This document shows positions 1 to 13,769 of a stretch of DNA of 64,000 nt, one piece after another. The position numbers and the translations under genes are program-made. How positions within the stretch are numbered: the first letter of the stretch is position 1; each line of letters begins with the position of its first letter. Source of the stretch: Hydractinia symbiolongicarpus (Eukaryota); contig NC_079879.1 of NCBI RefSeq assembly GCF_029227915.1, positions 12,068,720 through 12,132,719 of the forward strand, written 5' to 3'. The notes under the pieces were generated by a model, which had not been told where the DNA came from, did not search any database, and worked only from the letters and a program-made list of their open reading frames with translations.

Positions 1-2234
1 ATCCCAGAGAAGGTTACAGCTTACAAGCTTAGATCATGCTGAGAAGATTTAAAGCCTTGTCAATACTGGGAAGCACTGCGTACCAATATCATTGCGTCGG
101 GACTGCACGGATATCGTTGATTCATGTTTCTCAGTCCAGACAAACACACGTTGCGGTTTTCCATCGGAAATCTTGGATTGGGCATTCCTGACACAAGGCA
201 GGTCTTAAAAAGTACGACTTTCCTAAGCATACCCGTGCTCCCAGAGAAGGTTACAGCTTACCTTGTTTCCGCGGATGGTAAAAGATTTCTGCGTTTTTAA
301 GCGTTGCACTGAATTTCTGCTTTAATGTTCAAAACTGGCAAAATATGGATAAAGTTTTAAACAATATGAGAACATTTTGAAATTTCAAATCGGGAAAGTT
401 AAGAACGTTCGCTAAAGTACTTTGGCATGCTAAGCGTACTTATGACAGTAATTCTTGCACATGCGCAGTACGAGCAAATGAATCAACACCATAAGCAATA
501 AAAACACGCGCATTTTGGCCTATGTACGCAATGTTGGACAGGTTACAGATAAAAAAACTCACATTTTTCTAGGTCTCTGAGTTTAAAGTATGTATCATCC
601 CCGCGGTATTCGTCAATTTCGATATTTTTCGATTCGGTTGGGGGACGGATAAATTTAGCTAAAAGAATAATTTTTTTTCTTCATGTGAGGTGTCGCACAC
701 AATCCCGAGGAATTACTCCATACGAACATTTGGAAGTAGACGCCCAAAATTTAGATCAGGCTGAGAAGATTTAAAGCCTTGTCAATACTGGGAAGCAACG
801 AGTATTTTTATGATCGCGTCGGAATCTCCCGGACATCGTAGATTCAGAATTCTCAGTCCAGACAAACACCCGTTGCAGTTTTCCATCGGAAAGCTTGGAT
901 TGCCCATTTCTCACCCAGGCCAGGTCTAAAGAAGTACGTCTTCCCTAAGCATACCCGTGTTTCCAGAGAAGGTTACAGCTTACAAGACTTACCTTTCTTC
1001 TGCCGAAGTCCAATGGATGGTAAAAGATTTTTTGCTTCTTTTAGCGTTGGACTGAATTTCTCCTCTAAAGTTCAGAACTGGCAAAATAGAAATAAAGTTC
1101 TAAACAATTTGAGAACATTTTAAAATTTCAAATCGGGAAAGTTAAGAACGTTTGCTGAAGTACTTTGGCATGCTAAGCGTTCTTATGGCAGTAATTCTTG
1201 CACATGCGCAGCACGAGCAAATGAATCAACACCATAAGCAATAAAAACACGCGCATTATGGCCTCTGTACGTAATGTTGAACAGTTAACAGATAGAAAAA
1301 CTCACACTATTTCTACGTCCTTGAGGTTAATGTATGTATCATCTCTACGGTATTCGTCAATTTCGAAATTTTTAGGTTCGATTGCGGGTCGGGAAAACTT
1401 AGCTGAAAGAATGAATTTTTTTCTGCATGTCTGTTGTCACACAGAATCCCGAGAACTACTCCATACGAACATTTGGAACTAGACGCCCAAAATTTAGATC
1501 ATGCTGAGAATATTTAAAGCTTTGTCAATACTGGGAAGCACTGAGTATCATTATGATCGCGTCAGGACCTGGCAGACATCGTAGACACAGTTTTCTCCGT
1601 CCAGACAAACACCCGTTGCAGTTTTCCATCGGAAAGTTTGGATTGCGCATTTCTCACAAAGGCCAGGTCTTAAGAAGTACGTCTTCCCTAAACATACCCG
1701 TGTTGCCAGAGAAGGTTACAGCTTAAAAAATTTACCTTGCTTCTGCAGCAGTCAAACGGATGGTAAAAGAATTTTGCTTCTTTTACCGTTGCACTTGATT
1801 TCTCCTTTAAATTTCAAAACTCGCAAAACACGAATAAAGTTTTAAACATTTTAAGAACATTTTGAAATTTCAAATCGGGAAAGTTAAGAACGTTTGCTGA
1901 ATTATTTTGACATGCTGAGCGTTTTTATGACAATAACTCTCGCACATGCGCAGCACGAACAAATGAATCAAGACCATAAGCAATAAAAACACGCGCATTA
2001 TGGCCTCTGTACGCAATGTTGGATAGGTTACAGATAAAAAAACTCACATTTTTCTTGGTCCCTGAGTTTAAGGTATGTATCATCTCCGCGGAATTCGTTA
2101 ATTTCGATATTTTTCGATTCGGTTGGCGGTCGGGAAAATTTAGCTAGAAGAATGAATTTTTTTGTCCATGTGAGGTGTCGCACACAATCCCGAGGAATTA
2201 CTCCATACGAACATTTGGAACTAGACGCCCAAAA

Positions 2235-5200
2235 TTTAGATCATGCTGAGAAGATTTAAGGCCTTGTCAATACTAGGAAGTACTAAGTATCATTATCATC
2301 GCGTCGGAACTGCACGGAGATCGTAGATTCAGGTTTCTCAGTCCAGATAAACACTCGTTGCAGTTTCCCATCGGAAAACTTAGATTGCGCCTTCCTCACA
2401 CAGGCCAGGTCTTAAAAAGTACGTCTTTCCGAAGCATACCCGTGTTTCCAGAGAAGGTTACCGCTTACAAGTTTTGATCAAGCTGAGAAGATTTACAGCT
2501 TTGTCAATACTGGGAAGCACTGCGTATCATTATCATTGCGTCGGGACTCCACGGACATCCTAGACTCAGGTTTCTGAGTCCAGACAATCACCCGTTGCAG
2601 TTTTCCATCGGAAGACTTGGATTGCGCATTTCTCACACAGGCCAGGTCTTAAAACGTTCGTCTTTCCTTAGCATACACGTCTTCCCAGAGAAGGTTACAG
2701 CTTACAAGACTTACCTTTCTTTTCCAGCAGTCCAATGGATGGTAAAAGATTTTTTGCTTCTCTTAGCGTTGCACTGAATTTCTCCTCTGAATTTCAGAAC
2801 TGGCAAAATAGGAATAAAGTTTTAAACAATTTAAGAAAATTTTAAAATTTCAAATCGGGAAAGTTAAGAACGTTTGCTGAAGTACTTTGGCATGATAAGC
2901 GTTCTTATGACAGTAATTCTCGCACATGCGCAGCACGAGCAAATGAATCAACACCATAAGCAATAAAAACACGCGCATTTTGGCCTATGTACGCAATGTT
3001 GGACAGGTTACAGATAAAAAAACTCACATTTTTCTAGGTCCCTGAGTTTAAAGTATGTATCATCCCCGCGGTATTCGTCAATTTCGATATTTTTCGATTC
3101 GGTTGGGGGACGGATAAATTTAGCTAAAAGAATAATTTTTTTTCTTCATGTGAGGTGTCGCACACAATCCCGAGGAATTACTCCATACGAACATTTGGAA
3201 GTAGACGCCCAAAATTTAGATCAGGCTGAGAAGATTTAAAGCCTTGTCAATACTTGGAAGCAACGAGTATTTTTATGATCGCGTCGGAATCTCCCGGACA
3301 TCGTAGATTCAGGATTCTCAGTCCAGACAAACACCCGTTGCAGTTTTCCATCGGAAAGCTTGGATTGCCCATTTCTCACCCAGGCCAGGTCTAAAGAAGT
3401 ACGTCTTCCCTAAGCATACCCGTGTTTCCAGAGAAGGTTACAGCTTACAAGACTTACCTTTCTTCTGCCGAAGTCCAATGGATGGTAAAAGATTTTTTGC
3501 TTCTTTTAGCGTTGGACTGAATTTCTCCTCTAAAGTTCAGAACTGGCAAAATAGAAATAAAGTTCTAAACAATTTGAGAACATTTTAAAATTTCAAATCG
3601 GGAAAGTTAACAACGTTTGCTGAATTATTTTGACATGCTGAGCGTTTTTATGACAATAATTCTCGTACATGCGCAGCACGAACAAATGAATCAACACCAT
3701 AAGCAATAAAAACACGCGCATTATGGCCTCTGTACGCAATGTTGGACAGGTTACAGATAAAAAAAATCACATTTTTCTTGGTCCCTCAGTTTAAGGTATG
3801 TATCATCTCCGCGGTATTCGTTAATTTCGATATTTTTCGATGCAGTTGGCGGTCGGGAAAATTTAGCTAGAAGAATGAATATTTTTGTCCATGTGAGGTG
3901 TCGCACACAATCACGAGGAATTACTCCATACGAACATTTGGAACTAGACGCCCAAAATTTAGATCATTCTGAGAAGATTTAAGGCCTTGTCAATACTGGG
4001 AAGCACTAAGTATCATTATCATCGCGTCGGAACTGCACGGAGATCGTAGATTCAGGTTTCTCAGTCCAGATAAACACTCGTTGCAGTTTCCCATCGGAAA
4101 ACTTAGATTGCGCCTTCCTCACACAGGCCAGGTCTTAAAAAGTACGTCTTTCCGAAGCATACCCGTGTTTCCAGAGAAGGTTACCGCTTACAAGTTTTGA
4201 TCAAGCTGAGAAGATTTACAGCTTTGTCAATACTGGGAAGCACTGCGTATCATTATCATTGCGTCGGGACTCCACGGACATCCCAGACTCAGGTTTCTCA
4301 GTCCAGAAAAACACCCGTTGCAGTTTTCCATCGGAAAGCTTGGATTGCACATTTCTCACACAGGCCTGGTCTTAAAAAGTATGTCTTCCCTAAGCATACC
4401 CGTGTTTCCAGAGAAGGTTACAGCTTACAAGATTTACCTTTCTTGTGCAGCAGTCCAACGGATGGTAAAATATTTCTGCTTCTTTTACCGTTCCACTGAT
4501 TTTCTCCTTTAATGTTCAAAACTGTGAAAATAGCAATAAAGTTTTAAACGATATGAGAACATTTTAAAACTTCTAATTAGGAAACTTAAGCACGTTTGCT
4601 GAACACCTTTGGCATGCTAAGAGTTCTTATGAAAGTAATTCTCGCACATGGGCGGCAGGAGCAAATGAATCAACACCATAAGCAATAAAAACACGCGCAT
4701 TATGTCCTCTGTACGCGTTGTTGAACAGGTTACACTTAAAAAATTCACACTATTTCTAGCTCCCTGAGTTTAAGGTATGTATCATCTCTGCTGTATTCGT
4801 CAATTTTGATATTTTCCAATTCGGTTGGGTGTCGGGAAGAGTTAGCTAAAAGAATGAACTTTTTTATCCATGTCTGGTGTCACACATAATCTCGAGGAAC
4901 TACTCCATACGAGCATTTCGAACTAGACGCCAAAAGTTAAGATCATCTTGAGAAGATCTAAGGCCTTGTCATTACTGGGAAGCATTGAGTATCATTATCA
5001 TCGCGTCGGAACTGCACGGAGATCGTAGACTCAGGTTTCTCAGTCCAGATAAACACTCGTTGCAGTTTCCCATCGGAAAACTTAGATTGCGCCTTCCTCA
5101 CACAGGCCAGGTCTTAAAAAGTACGTCTTTCCGAAGCATACCCGTGTTCCCAAGGAAAATTACAGCTTACAAAACTTACCTTCCTTCTGCAGCAGTCCCA

Positions 5201-5916
5201 CGGATGGTCAAAGATTTCTGCTTCTTTTAGCGTTGCACTGAATTTCTCCTCTAAAGTTCAGAACTGGCAAAATAGGAATAAAATTTTAAACAATTTGAGA
5301 ACATTTTAAAATTTTTTAATCGGGAAAGTTAAGATCGTTTGCTGAAGTACTTTGGCATGCTAAGCGTTCTTATGGCAGTAATTCTTGCACATGCGCAGTA
5401 CGAGCAAATGAATCAAGACCATAAGCAATAAAAACACGCGCGTTATGGCCTCTGTACGTAATGTTGAACAGTTAACAGATAAAAAAACTCACACTATTTC
5501 TACGTCCTTGATGTTAATGTATGGATCATCTCTACGGTATTCGTCAATTTCGAAATTTTTCGGTTCGGTTGCGGGTCGGGAAAACTTAGCTGAAAGAATG
5601 AATTTTTTTCTGCATGTCTGTTGTCGCACAGAATCCCGAGAACTACTCCATACGAACATTTGGAACTAGACGCCCAAAATTTGGATCATGCTGAGAATAT
5701 TTAAAGCTTTGTCAATACTGGGAAGCACTGAGTATCATTATGATCGCCTCAGGACCTGGCAGACATCGTAGACACAGTTTTCTCCGTCCAAACAAACACC
5801 CGTTGCAGTTTTCCATCGGAATGTTTGGATTGCGCATTTCTCACACTGGCCAGGTCTTAAGAAGTACGTCTTCCCTAAGCATACCCGTGTTCCCATAGAA
5901 GGTTACAGCTTACAAG
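2235..5916 (+). repeat. Higher-order repeat (HOR) copy A of the satellite, period 3682 bp, unit order short-long-long-short-long-long-short.
   Basis: ORF pairs are offset by exactly 3682 bp with identical translations: 2595/6277, 4197/7879, 4318/8000, 4985/8667. 5445/9127 differ by one residue. Confidence 0.8.
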
Positions 5917-8900
5917 CTTAGATCATGCTGAGAAGATTTAAAGCGTTGTCAATACTAGGAAGTACTAAGTATCATTATCATCGCGTCGGAACTGCACGGA
6001 GATCGTAGATTCAGGTTTCTCAGTCCAGATAAACACTCGTTGCAGTTTCCCATCGGAAAACTTAGATTGCGCCTTCCTCACACAGGCCAGGTCTTAAAAA
6101 GTACGTCTTTCCGAAGCATACCCGTGTTTCCAGAGAAGGTTACCGCTTACAAGTTTTGATCAAGCTGAGAAGATTTACAGCTTTGTCAATACTGGGAAGC
6201 ACTGCGTATCATTATCATTGCGTCGGGACTCCACGGACATCCTAGACTCAGGTTTCTGAGTCCAGACAATCACCCGTTGCAGTTTTCCATCGGAAGACTT
6301 GGATTGCGCATTTCTCACACAGGCCAGGTCTTAAAACGTTCGTCTTTCCTTAGCATACACGTCTTCCCAGAGAAGGTTACAGCTTACAAGACTTACCTTT
6401 CTTTTCCAGCAGTCCAATGGATGGTAAAAGATTTTTTGCTTCTCTTAGCGTTGCACTGAATTTCTCCTCTGAATTTCAGAACTGGCAAAATAGGAATAAA
6501 GTTTTAAACAATTTAAGAAAATTTTAAAATTTCAAATCGGGAAAGTTAAGAACGTTTGCTGAAGTACTTTGGCATGATAAGCGTTCTTATGACAGTAATT
6601 CTCGCACATGCGCAGCACGAGCAAATGAATCAACACCATAAGCAATAAAAACACGCGCATTTTGGCCTATGTACGCAATGTTGGACAGGTTACAGATAAA
6701 AAAACTCACATTTTTCTAGGTCCCTGAGTTTAAAGTATGTATCATCCCCGCGGTATTCGTCAATTTCGATATTTTTCGATTCGGTTGGGGGACGGATAAA
6801 TTTAGCTAAAAGAATAATTTTTTTTCTTCATGTGAGGTGTCGCACACAATCCCGAGGAATTACTCCATACGAACATTTGGAAGTAGACGCCCAAAATTTA
6901 GATCAGGCTGAGAAGATTTAAAGCCTTGTCAATACTTGGAAGCAACGAGTATTTTTATGATCGCGTCGGAATCTCCCGGACATCGTAGATTCAGGATTCT
7001 CAGTCCAGACAAACACCCGTTGCATTTTTCCATCGGAAAGCTTGGATTGCCCATTTCTCACCCAGGCCAGGTCTAAAGAAGTACGTCTTCCCTAAGCATA
7101 CCCGTGTTTCCAGAGAAGGTTACAGCTTACAAGACTTACCTTTCTTCTGCCGAAGTCCAATGGATGGTAAAAGATTTTTTGCTTCTTTTAGCGTTGGACT
7201 GAATTTCTCCTCTAAAGTTCAGAACTGGCAAAATAGAAATAAAGTTCTAAACAATTTGAGAACATTTTAAAATTTCAAATCGGGAAAGTTAACAACGTTT
7301 GCTGAATTATTTTGACATGCTGAGCGTTTTTATGACAATAATTCTCGCACATGCGCAGCACGAACAAATGAATCAACACCATAAGCAATAAAAACACGCG
7401 CATTATGGCCTCTGTACGCAATGTTGGACAGGTTACAGATAAAAAAAATCACATTTTTCTTGGTCCCTCAGTTTAAGGTATGTATCATCTCCGCGGTATT
7501 CGTTAATTTCGATATTTTTCGATGCAGTTGGCGGTCGGGAAAATTTAGCTAGAAGAATGAATATTTTTGTCCATGTGAGGTGTCGCACACAATCACGAGG
7601 AATTACTCCATACGAACATTTGGAACTAGACGCCCAAAATTTAGATCATTCTGAGAAGATTTAAGGCCTTGTCAATACTGGGAAGCACTAAGTATCATTA
7701 TCATCGCGTCGGAACTGCACGGAGATCGTAGATTCAGGTTTCTCAGTCCAGATAAACACTCGTTGCAGTTTCCCATCGGAAAACTTAGATTGCGCCTTCC
7801 TCACACAGGCCAGGTCTTAAAAAGTACGTCTTTCCGAAGCATACCCGTGTTTCCAGAGAAGGTTACCGCTTACAAGTTTTGATCAAGCTGAGAAGATTTA
7901 CAGCTTTGTCAATACTGGGAAGCACTGCGTATCATTATCATTGCGTCGGGACTCCACGGACATCCCAGACTCAGGTTTCTCAGTCCAGAAAAACACCCGT
8001 TGCAGTTTTCCATCGGAAAGCTTGGATTGCACATTTCTCACACAGGCCTGGTCTTAAAAAGTATGTCTTCCCTAAGCATACCCGTGTTTCCAGAGAAGGT
8101 TACAGCTTACAAGATTTACCTTTCTTGTGCAGCAGTCCAACGGATGGTAAAATATTTCTGCTTCTTTTACCGTTCCACTGATTTTCTCCTTTAATGTTCA
8201 AAACTGTGAAAATAGCAATAAAGTTTTAAACGATATGAGAACATTTTAAAACTTCTAATTAGGAAACTTAAGCACGTTTGCTGAACACCTTTGGCATGCT
8301 AAGAGTTCTTATGAAAGTAATTCTCGCACATGGGCGGCAGGAGCAAATGAATCAACACCATAAGCAATAAAAACACGCGCATTATGTCCTCTGTACGCAT
8401 TGTTGAACAGGTTACACTTAAAAAATTCACACTATTTCTAGCTCCCTGAGTTTAAGGTATGTATCATCTCTGCTGTATTCGTCAATTTTGATATTTTCCA
8501 ATTCGGTTGGGTGTCGGGAAGAGTTAGCTAAAAGAATGAACTTTTTTATCCATGTCTGGTGTCACACATAATCTCGAGGAACTACTCCATACGAGCATTT
8601 CGAACTAGACGCCAAAAGTTAAGATCATCTTGAGAAGATCTAAGGCCTTGTCATTACTGGGAAGCATTGAGTATCATTATCATCGCGTCGGAACTGCACG
8701 GAGATCGTAGACTCAGGTTTCTCAGTCCAGATAAACACTCGTTGCAGTTTCCCATCGGAAAACTTAGATTGCGCCTTCCTCACACAGGCCAGGTCTTAAA
8801 AAGTACGTCTTTCCGAAGCATACCCGTGTTCCCAAGGAAAATTACAGCTTACAAAACTTACCTTCCTTCTGCAGCAGTCCCACGGATGGTCAAAGATTTC

Positions 8901-9598
8901 TGCTTCTTTTAGCGTTGCACTGAATTTCTCCTCTAAAGTTCAGAACTGGCAAAATAGGAATAAAATTTTAAACAATTTGAGAACATTTTAAAATTTTTTA
9001 ATCGGGAAAGTTAAGATCGTTTGCTGAAGTACTTTGGCATGCTAAGCGTTCTTATGGCAGTAATTCTTGCACATGCGCAGTACGAGCAAATGAATCAAGA
9101 CCATAAGCAATAAAAACACGCGCGTTATGGCCTCTGTACGTAATGTTGAACAGTTAACAGATAGAAAAACTCACACTATTTCTACGTCCTTGATGTTAAT
9201 GTATGGATCATCTCTACGGTATTCGTCAATTTCGAAATTTTTCGGTTCGGTTGCGGGTCGGGAAAACTTAGCTGAAAGAATGAATTTTTTTCTGCATGTC
9301 TGTTGTCGCACAGAATCCCGAGAACTACTCCATACGAACATTTGGAACTAGACGCCCAAAATTTGGATCATGCTGAGAATATTTAAAGCTTTGTCAATAC
9401 TGGGAAGCACTGAGTATCATTATGATCGCCTCAGGACCTGGCAGACATCGTAGACACAGTTTTCTCCGTCCAAACAAACACCCGTTGCAGTTTTCCATCG
9501 GAATGTTTGGATTGCGCATTTCTCACACTGGCCAGGTCTTAAGAAGTACGTCTTCCCTAAGCATACCCGTGTTCCCATAGAAGGTTACAGCTTACAAG
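5917..9598 (+). repeat. HOR copy B, near-identical to copy A.
   Basis: Same as copy A. Identity decays after ~9640. Confidence 0.8.
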
Positions 9599-12500
9599 CT
9601 TAGATCATGCTGAGAAGATTTAAAGCGTTGTCAATACTGGGAAGCACTGCGTACCATTATCATTGCGTCGGGACTGCACGGACATCGTAGACTCAGGTTT
9701 CTCAGTCCAGACAAACACACGTTGCGGTTTTCCATCGGAAATCTTGGATTGGGCATTCCTCACACAGGCCAGGTCTTAAAAAGTACGTTTTTCCGAAGCA
9801 TACCCGTGTTCCCAAGGAAAGTTACAGCTTACAAAACTTACCTTCCTTCTGCAGCAGTCCCACGGATGGTCAAATATTTCTGCTTATTTTAGCGTTGCAC
9901 TGAATTTCTCCTTTAATGTTCAAAACTGGCAAAATAGGTAAAAAGTTTTAAACAGTTTAAGAACATTTTGAAATTTCAAATCGGGAAAGTTAAGAACGTT
10001 TGCTGAATTATTTTGACATGCTGAGCGTTTTTATGACAATAATTCTCGCACAAGCGCAGCACGAGCAAATAAATCAACACCATAAACAATAAAAACACGC
10101 GCATTATGACCTCTGTACGCAATGTTAAACAGGTTACTGATAAAAAACCTTACACTATTTTTAGATCCCTGAGTTTAAGGTATGTATCATCTCCGCGGTA
10201 TTCGTCAATTTCGATATTTTTCGATCCGGTTGGGGTCGGATCAATTTAGCTAAAAGAATGAATTTTTTTCTCCATGTGAGGTGTCGCACACAATCCCGAG
10301 GAATTACTTCATACGAACATTTGGAAGTAGACGCCCAAAATTTAGATCATGCTGAGAAGATTTAAGGCCTTGTCAATACTGGGAAGCACTGAGTATCATT
10401 ATCATCGCGTCGGAACTGCACGGAGATCGTAGACTCAGGTTTCTCAGTCCAGATAAACACTCGTTGCAGTTTCCCATCGGAAAGTTTGGATTGCGCATTT
10501 CTCACACAGGCCAGGTCTTAAGAAGTACGTCTTCCCTAAGCATACCCGTGTTCCCAGAGAAGGTTACAGCTTACAAGCTTAGATCATGCTGAGAAGATTT
10601 AAAGCCTTGTCAATACTGGGAAGCTCTGCATACCATTATCATTGCGTCAGGACTGCACGGACATCGTAGACTCAGGTTTCTCAGTCCAGACAAACACACG
10701 TTGCGATTTTTCATCGGAAATCTTGGATTAGGCATTCCTCACACAAGGCAGGTCTTAAAAAGTACGACTTTCCTAAGCATACAGGTGCTCCTAGAGAAGG
10801 TTACAGCTTACAAGATTTACCTTGTTTCCGCGAATAGTAAAAGATTTCTGCTTCTTTTAGCGGTGCACTGAATTGATCCTTTAATTTTCAAAACTGGCAA
10901 AATAGGAATAATCTTTTAAACAATATGAGAACATTTTGAAACTTCAAACAGGGAAAGTAAAGAACGTTTGCTGAAGTATTTTGGTATGCTAAGCGTTCTT
11001 ATGACATTAATTCTCGCACATGCGCAGCACGAGCAAGTGAATCAACACCATAAAAATATAAACACGCGCATTATGGCCTCTGTACGCAATGTTGGACAGT
11101 TTAGAGATAAAGAAACTCACATTTGTTCTAGGTACCTGAGCTTAAGCTATGTATCATCTCCGCGAAATTCCTCAATTTGATATTCTTGGATTCGGTTGGG
11201 GGTCGGGAAAATTTAGCTAAAAGAATGAAATTTTTTCTCCATGTGAAGTGTCGCACACAATCCCGAGGAACTACTCCATACGAACATTTGGAACTAGACG
11301 CCCAAAATTTAGATCATGCTGAGAAGATTTAAGGCCTTGTCAATACTGAGAAGCACTGAGTATCATTATGATCGCGTCAGGACGTGGCAGACATCGTAGA
11401 CACAGTTTTCTCCGTCCAGACAAACACCCGTTGCAGTTTTCCATCGGAAAGTTTGGATTGCGCATTTCTCACACAGGCCAGGTCTTAAGAAGTACGTCTT
11501 CCCTAAGCATACCCGTGTTCCCAGAGAAGGTTACAGCTTACAAGCTTAGATCATGCTGAGAAAATCTAAGGCCTTGCCAATACTGCGAACCACTGAGATT
11601 ATGATCGCGACGGGATCGCGCGGACATCGTAGACTCAGTTTTCTCAGTCCACACAAACACCTGTTGCAGTTTTCCATCGCAAAGCTAGGATTGCGCATTC
11701 TGCACACAGGCCAGGTCTTAAAAACTACGTCTTCCCTAAGCATACCCGTGTTCCCAGAGAAGGTTACAGCTTAAAAAATTTACCTTGCTTCTGCAGCAGT
11801 CAAACGGATGGTAAAAGATTTTTGCTTCTTTTACAGTTGCACTGAATTGATCCTTTAATTTTCAAAACTGGCAAAACACGAATAGAGTTTTAAACAGTTT
11901 GAGAAAATTTTGAAACTTCAAGTCGGGAAAGATAAGAACGTTTTCTGAAGTATTTTAGCATGCTAAGCGTTTTATGACAGTAATTTTTGCACATGCGCCG
12001 CACGAGCAAATGAATCAACACCATAAGCAATAGAAACACGCACTTAACGGGCTCTGTATGCAATGTTAAACAGGTTACTTATTAAAGACCTCACACTATT
12101 TCTAGGTCCCTGAGTTTAAGGTATGTATCATCTCTACGGTATTTGTCAATTTCGAAAGTTTTCCATTCGGTTGAGGGTCGGGAAAATTTAGCAAAATGAA
12201 TGCATTTTATTCGCCATGCCTGGTTTCGCACAGAATCCCGGGAACTACTCCATACAAACATTTGGTTGTAGACGTCCAAAATTTAGATCATGCTGAGAAA
12301 TACAATACTGCGAACCACTGAGATTATGATCGCGACGGGATCGCGCGGACATCGTAGACTCAGTTTTCTCAGTCCACACAAACACCTGTTGCAGTTTTCC
12401 ATCGCAAAGCTAGGATTGCGCATTCTGCACACAGGCCAGGTCTTAAAAACTACGTCTTCCCTAAACATACCCGTGTTCCTAGAGAAGGTTACAGCTTAAA

Positions 12501-13251
12501 AAATTTACCTTGCTTCTGCAGCAGTCAAACGGATGGTAAAAGATTTTTGCTTCTTTTACCGTTGCACTGAATTTCTCCTTTAATTTTCAAAACTGGCAAA
12601 ACACGAATAAAGTTTTAAACAATTTGAGAAAATTTTGAAATTTCAAGTCGGGAAAGATAAGAACGTTTGCTGAAGTATTTTAGCATGCTAAGCGTTCTTA
12701 TGACAGTAATTTTTGCACATGCGCCGCACGAGCAAATGAATCAACACCATAAGCAATAAAAACACGCACATAATGGGCTCTGTATGCAATGTTAAACAGG
12801 TTACTGATAAAAAAACTTACACTATTTCTAGGTCCCTGATTTTAAGGTATGTATCATCTCTGCTGTATTCGTCAATTTTGTTATTTTCCAATTCGGTTGG
12901 GTGTCGGGAAGAGTTAGCTAAAAGAATGAACTTTTTTATCCATGTCCGGTGGCACACAGAATCTCGAGGAACTACTTCATACGAGCATTTCGAAGTAGAC
13001 GCCAAAAGTTAAGATCATCTTGAGAAGATCTAAGGCCTTGTCAATACTGGGAAACACTGAGTATCATTATGATCGCGTCGATACCGCGCGGATATCGCAG
13101 ACTCAGGTTTCTTAGTCCAGACAAACACCCGTTGCAGTTTGCCATCGGAAAGTTTGGATTGCGCATTTCTCACACAGGGCAGGTCTTAAAAAGTACGACT
13201 TTCCTAAGCATACCCGTGTTCCCAGAGAAAGTTACAGCTTACAAGCTTAGA

Positions 13252-13769
13252 CCTTACAAAAGACTATCATTCCAGTTATCAGGACTTGTTGGTAAATTGT
13301 AACTGTGTGCAAATTCACGAACTGCATTTACGTATAATCTGCATAGAGATTTATAAAACATTAACAGACGAAAATCCGTCATTTATGCAGTCTTCTTACG
13401 CTATAAGACGTATCAGTTACAATTTGCGCAGCAAAAATAGTCTACTTTTACCATCCACAAGTTCAACACGCTTTGATACTAGATCTTTTTTGTTTCGAAG
13501 TTGTTTGTTATGGAACTCTTTGCCTGGGAGAGTGAAGAGTTCTCTCTCCATCAAGAGTTTTAAAAGGGAACTTATCTCTTAATCTTTCAGATCTCTGCAC
13601 ATGTAGGCTACATAAGTCGGCTATTCTCGTCTCTTATTTTTAATGTTTGGTACATCTTTGCGTTTTTTGTTTATTTTTTTTTTACTTTAGTTGGTGTAAA
13701 TTAGTATTTACTATTTACTATGCAATACCAACTTTAAGTAAATGAAATATTAAAAATAATAAAAAAACC
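13252..13769 (+). mobile_element. 5'-truncated LINE 3' fragment (CR1/L2-like ORF2 C-terminal tail plus A-rich 3' end) inserted between satellite units.
   Basis: Insertion interrupts the satellite between ...ACAAGCTTAG and ATGCTGAGAAG. ORF 13286-13582 ends ...RSFLFRSCLLWNSLPGRVKSSLSIKSFKRELIS, the RSF..LWNSLP..FK..L signature of CR1/L2-type ORF2 C-termini. It finishes in AAATGAAATATTAAAAATAATAAAAAAACC. Confidence 0.55.
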
